A stretch of 34,067 nt of DNA from Gonapodya sp. JEL0774 (Eukaryota). Shown in pieces: positions 1 through 9,900 of this stretch. The stretch is taken from positions 1 to 34,067 of the forward strand of contig JADIIX010000189.1 of assembly GCA_027604505.1 (NCBI GenBank), in the 5' to 3' direction. The notes below the pieces were generated by a model, which saw nothing but the letters and a program-made list of their open reading frames with translations, was not told where the DNA came from and made no database searches. Positions within the stretch are counted from its first letter, which is position 1. The number at the start of each line of letters is the position of its first letter. Both the position numbers and the translations under genes were made by a program.

Positions 1-545
1 GACTGGAACCATTTTCATCCACCACAAGAGGAAAATTACTGATCTCTTGGAGGAAGTTGGAATGTTGAATGTACAACCTGGTGTAAGACTTACCAGAGGT
101 GATTGTCCAAAAACAGATACTGAGAGGCAGGGTATTGACCATGCACAATTCAGACATCTTGTTGGAATACATTTGCACATTATGGTTATGACAGGACCAG
201 AATATGTCCTGCTGTAAAGATCTTAACTGAGGTGTTAGGCAATCCAAGCCATAAGCATTTGGATGCAATGAAATGGCTCTTAAGATATTCCGCAGGCACA
301 AAGGACTCAGACTTTGGAATTTGATACCCTGAGAGACAACATGTGACAACCTCTTGACATGGTTATAACAGTGCAGACTTTGCCACAGATGAGCATGACA
401 GAAAATCACACAGTGGATATGTTTTCCTGATGGCTGGAGCTGCAGTGAGTTGGTCCAGTGGGAAACAGGACCTAGTGGCCACATCAACTACACATGCAGA
501 GTATGTTGGCCAAGACCATGCAACCAGGGAGCTCTTGTAGATTAC
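1..545 (+). mobile_element. Degenerate Ty1/copia pol remnant (RT C-terminus + RNase H)
   Basis: Translates to TGTIFIHHKRKITDLLEEVGM (copia RT) and ADFATDEHDRKSHSGYVFLMAGAAVSWSSGKQDLVATSTTHAEYVGQDHATRELL* (copia RNase H: D.A.D..DRKS.SGY.F...G.A.SW.S.KQ..VA.ST..AEY). Broken by stops and frameshifts. Confidence 0.9.
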
Positions 546-684
546 TCTCCCACATGAGAGCACACCTGTTTTCTGACAATGTGGTGTGAACTCAATAGTG
601 AAAGAGAAAACAGCCAATTTTGCTCAAATCCACAATCTGTTGTTCTCCAGCTTCTCAAGAATGTCCTAGATGTGTTGGGGCACC

Positions 685-700
685 AGGCTCATAACCTGTT
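685..700 (-). mobile_element. Copia-type primer-binding site next to an LTR 3' end
   Basis: The minus strand reads ...CTCAACA|GGTTATGAGCCT: an LTR-type AACA end directly followed by the GGTTATGRGCC PBS typical of copia elements primed by an initiator-tRNA half molecule. The far end of the LTR was not located. Confidence 0.55.
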
Positions 701-1039
701 GAGCAGTTACAATTCACTTATTCGAGCAGACCATACAGAAAAGCTTAATCTACTTTATCCCACGACCATAGCGCCATCCTCAAATGTGTGCACCAAGTTA
801 CCCATGTTCCCTAGTGTAACTCACTAACCAATACGGCTAGAACAAAAATATGAGCAACAAACTTGTAAAAAATTTTACGTTGACTAATTTTACTCCATTA
901 ATTGCTCCCGAATTCCAACTCCCCGTGGCGCTAGAGCTGTCTGAAATGTCAAAACTCCCATATCTCAACTGATTGGCGAGGCATCTAGGTCACCCATTAA
1001 CAACCCACCACAGGAGAAAGAAACTCAACCTGGAGGAAG

Positions 1040-1315
1040 GAATCACTTGTATTTATTGGGACCTGCCAGAGTAGAAGGACTGCAGAACGAGAAGTACATG
1101 CTTTTGTTCATTGATGAAGCAACTTCAAATATTCGTGTTGAGCCCCTTTGGAAGTGCTAAGTGGGAAACCTATAGATATATCAGACTTAAGGGTGCTTGG
1201 CTGTGATGTTTATGTTCTCAACAAGGAGCGGGAAAGGTATAAACTGCCGCCTCAGGCAGAACACCACATTTTGGTTGGTTATGGAGTGGACAGCACAACT
1301 TACATCTTAGTGAAC
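1040..1315 (+). mobile_element. Degenerate Ty1/copia integrase remnant
   Basis: HLYLLGPARVEGLQNEKYMLLFIDEATS (start of the rve core) is joined by an internal deletion to PLEVLSGKPIDISDLRVLGCDVYVLNKERERYKLPPQAEHHILVGYG (copia post-integrase P.E...G.KP..S.LR.FGC..Y...KL.......FVGY). Confidence 0.85.
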
Positions 1316-1469
1316 TGTTGGTGTAATATCAGACATTGTTTATTATATGGGTGATGTGTGTAAACTAGATTAACCGGCCCCACATAGATGAGCAGCGCCT
1401 CATGTAATAAATAAGTTGTGAGTAAGACAGAGTCCACCTGTGCTCATCTATGTCCATGTTGTGCTAACA
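1316..1469. repeat. Candidate solo LTR / short inserted element (154 bp)
   Basis: Begins TGTTGGTGTAATAT and ends ATGTTGTGCTAACA, an imperfect 14-bp inverted terminus with TG...CA ends. It contains AATAAA and truncates the integrase frame. No clean target-site duplication. Confidence 0.45.
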
Positions 1470-1739
1470 GAAGCAGAGTATGGATTCCTCTATCCAGTAC
1501 TCCCCCTGAAATCTACGCTCCTTGCTGATCTCAGGGTTGCAAGACCCAGGGCTGAACCATTCCCTTTTCATGTGTCTTTTTGCTCACACAAACTTTTGGC
1601 ATGGCTGGAAATTGAACCCACACCAGCCATGTAGCTAATGGGGCTTATACCCAGTTGCTCTACCAGAGCAAAACCAGTACAGAAGCAGAGTGTAGATTTC
1701 CCTATCTAACAGTCCAGTCAAACTACCATTGCAGGAGCT

Positions 1740-1990
1740 TGTGATAAGAATCATGTGCTCTTTGTCAAGAAAGTTGTGAATGTGAGGCTGCTTATTATTC
1801 TTGGAGTAATAATGACGAACTATTAAACAGCCTTCTAGATGAACTCTCAAAGGAGTTGGCACTGCACTTTAAAGTCAAATCTGGAGAGGTCAAAGTCTTT
1901 CTCACAAATTTAATGCGCCAAGGCCCTGTTTGTAGAACCATCTTCATCCACCATGAGGGGAAAATTACTGAAGTTTTGGTGGAAGTTACA
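1740..1990 (+). mobile_element. Degenerate Ty1/copia reverse transcriptase remnant
   Basis: ELSKELALHFKVKSGEVKVFL...RTIFIHHEGKITEVLVEV. The DNA at ~1935-1988 is a diverged copy of bases ~5-58. Confidence 0.75.
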
Positions 1991-3310
1991 GCAGTTTCAG
2001 AAAAGGTTGGCCCCATCCGGTTTCAGCACACGTTTTTGTCCACATATCATTTGAAATATATATTATCAGTTTCCTGCCTGTTGCCTGTCCAATCTCCATT
2101 GCAGTGACCTTTCTATAAAGTTCAACCGTCAATCCCGCCCCTTCCTGGCCCTTCCGTGTCGCAATTCCATTCCTGAGTGTGGTGATGATTCAAACGAAAA
2201 AGATTTGGAGACGTTACCGTTCTTGTAAGTCCATGTTTATGTCTGTTTTCTTTTCTGTACATTCACTATAGTGGATTGGACAGGTTGATATGATGTAATC
2301 GTGGTGTGGTTGGGAGGAGGATCCGAGCATTGTTCTCCCCTGACCATAACTGGCGTGCTCTGCGGAATGGTGGATGGAGAATCACAGAATCCCATTATTA
2401 GGATATCTTGCACGTCCTATGCAACAATGAAGTGGCAGCAGTTGGAGTTCAGAACTACTGACGGTGATGTTGCAGGTATACCAGACATGAAGAAATTGGA
2501 GGAAACCCCAGATTTGAGCTGGGATGTACAGGAGGAGACGTCTTTCCAACTTCTGTATGTGCAGGAGGTGCTAATAGACTGTTTAGAATCACTCATTAGC
2601 TTCCTCCTCATCCATCATTTTGAGATGATGAGGAGACTCTGGGATTGCCCTAAACTCTCCTTCCATTACAACGTTTCAATATGCATACTGTAAATAAAAT
2701 GATATTTGTGCAGCAAATAAATATGATTTCTACTCTTTGAAACCAATCTCCCCATTTGCTCTTCTCACCCTCAACTGCTTTGCCCATGGAGAGAAAGAAC
2801 TCACCTGCGCCTGTTGACTCCCTCAACTAGTATTGAAGATATGTTCCAGAGTTCCCGGTGACTGTGGAGGACGTTCAGAAGTGCTGAACTGAATGGGATA
2901 TGAAACTAGCCAACTCACTCGAAAATTAAGCAAGCTGTGCAGATGTGTATTAATGCTATTTTCTCTTATGAGGGATTGCACATTATCCAAGCCATCTAAA
3001 TCAAAGCAAGAGTGCCATCCATGGTTATGAACCTGTCTGACATGGTCCTCCTCCAGACCAAACCACATGTGCATCAAATTAAACAGCTATTATGAACCAA
3101 TGGAAGAGAAGCGATAGCGAAAGTGCACTTACTTGTGCAATTCTGTCCTATTTGAAGTTCTCTCAAGCACGTGACAGTACCACTAACGGGATTTGGGGAG
3201 ATGGGAGGTGGGGAACTAGAGGGGAATCGATGGGTAAAATATGCAGAAGAACGTGTGCGATGATAATTGGACAGGGAGTGGGTGGGACAATGATGGATTT
3301 GCAAATCTTG

Positions 3311-3575
3311 CAGTGGATACATTTTCCTGATGGCTGGAGGTGCAGTGAGTGGGTCTGTGGGAAGCAGGAAATAGTGCCAACCTGTACTACACATGCCAAA
3401 TATGTGGGCCAAGACAATGCAACTAGGGAGCTCTTGTGGATTACTCAGTTTCTGAGGGAACTTGGATCTGGTTGTTTAGGTGCCACAAATGTTTATGGTG
3501 GAAGAGATCCAGAATGCCCTACTTTGATGGGAGACAATCAGGGAGCTACACCACTGGCCAAGAACCCTGTCTGCA
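3311..3575 (+). mobile_element. Degenerate Ty1/copia RNase H remnant (second copy)
   Basis: SGYIFLMAGGAVS, then a frameshift, then GKQEIVPTCTTHAKYVGQDNATRELLWITQFLRELG...LMGDNQGATPLAKNP. Similar in DNA to 411-548. Confidence 0.88.
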
Positions 3576-3579
3576 ACAA

Positions 3580-5010
3580 ACTTTTAAACAGTTCCTCATG
3601 CAGAACCTACCTCTACTCCCATGTCTGTTTCTGCATTTATTTCCCCATCACCCATGCATTGCCAGCCCTCTGTCATGCTGTTCTCTTGCTCTTACCCTTA
3701 CTCAAGCCAACTTTTGTCCACGATTATTTTGGGGTGTCATATCATACCATGATCAACACTAAGTGCCAGTCTCCTGGGCAGGGAGCTGGCAGTGCAAGTA
3801 CTTGCTTTGGGTGATTTTGCAAACACCAAGAGCCCATGAGTGCACTGCTGTCATGTCTCTTTCAGAAGTCTGTGACCTCATTGGTGCTCTTGATGTCACA
3901 CAACTTGGAAACTTAATCCCGTCTATGGCAATTGCTGGACTCTATCTGCAAGTCACCTTGGGTCAAGTTTGCTGATCTCTGGAGGAGAGCTCTGCTCTGG
4001 GGGGACAACCTTTTGCTCCTTTGCTGCAGGTGCTTCTGACCTGCCAGTATCCTACCACTGGCTCAACTCCACACTCTGCTGCCCTCATCCCCAAAACCAG
4101 CATTGTCACTTGGCACAGCTTCCAGGCCTCTGGGACTGTCTTTGCCACCTCACTGGGAATTGATCAGAATTCTGGGCAGCTGGCAGGATGCCTTTGTGGT
4201 AGACCTCCAGCTTCCTCTCTCGGATTGACAGGTACAGGCCCAGTGGTTTGCAGAGCTGGTCTGGGGAGGGTGAAGGTACAGGAGAGTGGTTTTTTTTTTG
4301 GAAGGGTATGCCAGTGTGAGATGGCGCAAAGCCTTTGGAAATGGTGCACATCTGAAGATTAGTTGAATGTTCCTGTCTCCTTTGTAATACTTTTTTGTCT
4401 TTGGTTTCTTCACTGTCTACCCCCAGGCCCCCCTCTCTCTTCCTGTCTGCTGTTAGAGTTCTGTGCCATTCCCAGCTGGTGGACTCAGGGTCCACCTTTC
4501 AAAAGGGTGCAGCTCTGGCCTCTGGGCAACACCACCTGCCTATCTCCCCTTGTGTCTCTCACACTGACCTGCTCACAGTAGGGTACTAGGGCCAGACTTG
4601 GACCATGGCATGATGCAGTGTGGCTTGGGACAGGAGCCTGTACGCCAAGGCTGCAGGTCTTATATTGCATGCCCCTGCACCATTATTGCAGGTGGGAGTT
4701 GGGGCATTGGCTGACTGTCTCAGCTGGAGTGACAGAGCAATTTTTTATTTCTTTGTGGACAGTCACAATCATGTCTGTGAGGTGCATCTATGCTGTGTTC
4801 CAGACTTTTGCTTTGTTGGTTTTACATTTGTCCTGTTTGAATGATATAAACTGCATGGCAGGCTGACAGGCTCAGGCTCCTCCTAGTCCTCACCTACTGG
4901 CCCAGTTTGCTGCCACAACACGTGCCCCTCTCCTGCCTGTCTCCCCTTGTGACCTTGCCTCTTTCATGCTCACCTGCCTCAGGTACACACTAGGGCCTGT
5001 CAACCCCAGG
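3580..5010. repeat. Strongly CpG-depleted decayed repeat of unassigned class
   Basis: About 6 CpGs in ~1.4 kb of roughly 50% GC DNA, with an excess of TG/CA and no intact ORF. An internal near-repeat CCTGCCTRTCTCCCCTTGTG occurs at ~4535 and ~4932. Confidence 0.4.
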
Positions 5011-5170
5011 TTTAAAAGCAGTAACTTGAAAAGTACAATGAATCATTGATAATAATGAATAGCTTCAGCATCGTGGTCAGCTTTCACAGTGATCATGTGA
5101 CTCAACTACAGTCTTTTGAAATGTGCTAGAGGGAAAGCATCACAATAGCTTTGGACTACAGTGATATTCT

Positions 5171-6840
5171 CTAAGTGTAAAACTGGAAATTGGTATCTCC
5201 TTTCTTCACGTTTGCTTTGTAACCCTTTTCAAGATCCTTTGTCAATATGACATAACGGTTCTTTCTTACCTAAAACATGGAAAAGATATGGATCACCAAC
5301 TTATGAGAGTAAAAATATGCAAGAAATATGGAGATTGATCTCACAGCATGCATTCCAGCTTCCTGGCAGATTGCTGCAATCTCTGCTCCTGACAGGCGAT
5401 CTGGACGAGACACAACTGGAACAAAGAACAAACTTATTCAGTTGAAATAGGAGCGGGAGCAAAATCTTTGCGGATTCTCCTCACAGTCTTCAAGATCTAC
5501 TTCTTCAGATAGGTTCATTTTACTAGTGACCGTTGAAAATATCAGACGCTTTTGCCGGCGATCTGGCATTGGAAACTCAATTTTGCGGTCCAAACGGCCT
5601 GGGCGAAGGAGTGCTGGATCCAGCGTGTCTGCACGATTTGTTGCCATAATGACCTAGATGCAAACAAATAACACTCAATGTCGTGGTGACTGGGCATCCC
5701 CCAACAATGAGTAACGTGACTACACGCCTTAACATTTGATGTTTGGTCGAAACCGTCCATCTGGTTCAAAAGTTCCAGTAGAATACGCTGTACTTCACGG
5801 TCAGCACCTGTTTGTGCGTCAAACCGTTTGGTAGCGATTGCGTCGATCTCGTCTATGAAGATGATGCAAGGCGAATTCTCCCTTGCTAGCCTGAAAACGT
5901 CCCGAACCATCCGTGGCCCCTCCCCAAGGTACTTTTGTACAAATTCGGATCCTACAACACGTATGAAAGACGCGGTTGTGTGGTGTGCAACCGCCTTCAC
6001 GAGCATGGTCTTGCCGGTTCCCGGTGGTCCATAGAGTAAGACCCCGCGAGGGGGGTCAATACCGATTTGTTTGTAGAGGTCAAAATGAGTGAGAGGAAGT
6101 TCGACTGCTTCCCTGATTTCTTGTTTCTGAATGTCGAGGCCACCAATGTCTTGATAAGTGATATCGGGCTTTTCGGCATCTCCCAGCATGGCAATGCTCG
6201 AGTCGGCCTCGGGAGGGAGGACATCCACAAGAGAGTTTGAATGGCGGTGAAGAGCGACAGAAGTGGATGGCTTTAGGAGCTCCCGGTCGATTGTGGAGAG
6301 AATCCGCACAACGTAGTTGGAGCCTGTAGTGGACCCTACAATACCAGTATGCTGGTCTATTGGTTCCAAGAATTGTCCAATGACAAGAGGTACAGATTGA
6401 ATTCGTTTGACTTCCTCCTACAAAAACGTAGGCACAGTGACATTCAAGGGAGTTGCGCAAGAGCGTGGCCAGTGGGAGTTGCGACGTGACGCTCACTTGG
6501 GCCCGAATTAATTCCCTCTTCAGATTCTTCTGTTCGTCTTTAATATACTCTTCTTGCAGTTCCAAGAACTCCAGATGGCGGCCAAGCTTGCAAGCAATTG
6601 CAAGCAGAAAGGAACATGTCACTAGAGACCGGGACCCACAAGTTACTCCAACAAAGCAATACCTTCTTCAATTTCATATACAAATCCTCTTCCGAAAGTT
6701 CTTCCGAGGCAGTCGTCGGCGCATAGTTATCCTTGTCAGTTGAATTACGTGTGCTTGATGTGATTGGAGGTGGCTTTTCATTAAAAGACAGGAACAGCAT
6801 GTACCTGGGTTACAGTCAGAGAAATCCCAAGCTCGTCCAT
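5171..6840 (-). CDS. RPT3: 26S proteasome regulatory AAA-ATPase subunit Rpt3 (6B/PSMC4), 7 exons, 407 aa
   Basis: Exons 6840-6805, 6731-6663, 6586-6497, 6417-5728, 5653-5485, 5415-5345 and 5269-5171 splice in frame (1224 nt). Starts [25 protein letters not shown] (Walker A), [17 protein letters not shown] (Walker B), [42 protein letters not shown]-terminal HbYX-like QFYT. Confidence 0.97.
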
Positions 6841-6993
6841 TGGTTTGGGATTGTTGGTGTTTGTTCGTTGTTCCCCATGACAGAAGCACCTTGCCGCACA
6901 AAGGACCAAAGCCGTTGCACCGACTTGCAGTGGCCTCGGAAGGGTGTCCTACGAGATTCGCATTTTACATATAACTTGTTGGAACATAAGCGT
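6841..6993. promoter_or_regulatory. Putative bidirectional promoter RPT3/RAD50
   Basis: Only 153 bp separate the divergent start codons (6840 and 6994). Confidence 0.6.
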
Positions 6994-9900
6994 ATGGTGA
7001 GCACACAACAGCAATGTATGAGAGTCTGGTAAATCAAAACTCCTTCTATCTTTGTGCTTTGAACATCGTTTTCCTTCTCGGTCAAAATCCCCACACGAAA
7101 GAGTGCTATCGACAAATTGCTTATTCGTGGGATTCGTTCCTTCAGCCCTGAAGACCAGCCGTCCGTTGTTCATTTTCTTACTCCTCTAACTCTAATATGT
7201 GGTCATAATGGCTCCGGAAAGACGGTTCGTCCTTTCACTTTCTAATCCTGTTGCCTTCCTCATGCCGACTATTTTCCGCTCACCATCACTTCATTCGTTT
7301 GTTCAGACAATTATTGAGTGCTTGAAGTATGCAACGACTGGTGAAATGCCACCAAATAGCAAGGCGAGTTTCCGTGTATGAGTCGTCTCATAACAGGAAG
7401 GAGTATTCCCCCACTTCCAATCTTTGCATGCTTGGTCGGTTGTTTCTTATTGTTGTACCTGATTTGTTCGGCATCTTCATGATAGGGTGGGGCCTTTGTC
7501 CATGATCCGAAAGTGGCCGGGGAGACGGAAGTGAAGGCGCAGGTCAAGCTTCAGTTCAGGTCTGCAAGCGGCCAGCAGCTCCTTTGCGTAAGGTCCATGC
7601 AGTTGACGCAAAAGAGAGGAAATGCGACATTCAAGACTCTGGAGACGCTCTTGCAAACATTTGACCGTATAACAGGGGAGAAAGTGAGCATAACAACTCG
7701 GTGCGCCGACATGGATGCAGAGATCCCGACATACCTGGGAATCAATCGCGCAATTCTTGAAAATGTTATCTTTTGCCATCAAGAGGATTCCAACTGGTAA
7801 GTGGTGGCCCCTCTGACGGTTGAAAAAGGCACAACGAGAAAGGTGCAGGCCCATAGGGACACGAGCTGATTCGTACGGTTATCGTTGAAGGCCATTATCA
7901 GAACCTGGCTCTCTTAAGAAAAAGTTCGATGAAATATTTGAAGCGACACGGTACACAAAGGTCCTCGACAACATTAAGGTCCTCCGGAAAGCTCAAAAAG
8001 AGGTCATTGCGCTTGATAGACAAGAATTGGGACACCTAAAAGAGAACAAAGACAAAGCGGCTCGTGTAAATCGGAACTACCAAGATGCATGCACAAGAAT
8101 CGCAGCTCATCAATCCCGCCAGGTTGATCTGGAAGTGGACCTCAAAGCTGTCGCACAGGATTTGTCGCAGATCATGAATCGCATCAGCGAATGTGCTAAG
8201 ATGGAGAGTAGTATCAGGGATGTTGAAAAAAGGAAAATTGATTGCGAACGCCAGGTACAGCAGACCAAAGATCGGATGGAGGTGATGGTTGGTACGTAAA
8301 TGAAACTGTCGCGTTCTTTCTCGCGTGGGCTCCGTCACGGTAACTTCCCATGAGAACACATTCAATTGTAGAAAGTGAAGATGATCTCCGAGCCATGCTA
8401 AGCCTTCTGCAGGAGGAATCAGGGGACCTGGAGAACAGCCGGGAAGAACTCGTTCGCAAGATAAAGGGTCACGAACAGGACCTCCGAATAATTGAACAGG
8501 AGAAGTCGCGAAGACTCACAGATAAGGGTCGCTGGCAAGCAGAGTTGGAAGTGAGTGTCGCAATGAATTGTCTGCATAGATCAGGTGGCTTAAGTTCATC
8601 GCTCGGTTCCATCTTATGTCAAGGCGCACAACCGTCGCCTAACAGATCGGACCAAAACAATCTCCGAGCTTGCCTTGAAGCATTCCTTTCCCGGGTTCTC
8701 ACACACACCACTACTGCAAGCGGATGTAGATCTCTTCATTACGAAGTTATCCAAAGAACTCTCTGAAGTCGAGAAAAAGGCAGACGAAACTCGCAGGCAG
8801 ATGAAAGAGAAGGAGAACACAATCATTGCGGAAAAGGGAGAAATTGGCAATAGCTTATCACAGTTTCAAGAACGCAAGAGAGGTGCATTGAAACAGATTG
8901 TGAGTGCACATTGCCGTGACAAAATTAGTGTCAAACTTTGTTTAACGCTCCTTTTGCCAGGAAAGCAATGGGAATAAAGTCGGCCTGCTGCAGGAAAAGT
9001 TTTCAGGACTCAAAGCATTCTCCGAGGAGGAGATTCATCTGGCGGAGACGGAACTCAAAGAGGAGGTGAGTGCTTTCCCATAGGCGGGGCCGTCGGTATC
9101 AGGATTTATTGTTATGCGATCATAGCAAATAGCTTTACGGCAATCTCAGACGGCACTGGCTTCTCTTGACTTCGACACAAAGTTGGAAGACTTAAACAGG
9201 CGCCTCCGGGCACAGGAGGTATCTGTGACAACTCTTAGCGACACCCTCGCCCGCTTAAATTCCCAAAGCGGCACTCAGAACAAACTGTCTTTGAAACATG
9301 GAGACAGGCGGAGAAAAAAGCAAAATTTGACAGAATGGTGAGAACATGGACGCACATACACCTCTTATTCTTCCAAAATGGTTATCCTCGCAGTTTTCAG
9401 AAAGCGCTAGCAGACTTCGGGCACCTTCTTTTGCGAGAACCAACGATGGAATCGTTTGAGAGTGACGTTGACAACCTAATCAAAAGTCAAGACCAGGTGG
9501 TACGTGCAGCTCAACAAAAGGTCAACCGTTTGCAACAGGAACTTTCGTCTTGGGAAACGAAGCTGTCGATGGCTCGACAGGCACTTCAATCAAAAGAGGA
9601 AGACTTGCGGTGTGGGTTTCAATCCCAACTTGTTTTCCTTCACACCTTCTATACTCTGCTTGCATACTCCCAGATAAAAAGCAAAAGTTATTTGATGTGA
9701 TTGGAAACACGGAATTTGACGCGCGCCTCCGTGAAAAGGAAATGCAGGTTTCGAATTGCAAAGAGTGGGCTCATTTCAGTGAACATGTTCTGGTCGTCAT
9801 TATCACCAACTCCTCCACCCATTAGGGAAGCTGGCACGCTTAAAGGCGCGGAGAACGTGTATGCAAGATTTATCAGAAAGTTTCAGGAGAAGCACGTTTG

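Noticed and set aside
2301..2693. 130-aa ORF within the transposon block
   Set aside because: Starts at GTG and has no recognisable motif. It may be a gene relic but cannot be supported.
3092..3814. 240-aa ORF as an intact gene
   Set aside because: Only the middle part is copia RNase H, entered by a frameshift. The flanks are unrelated decayed sequence.
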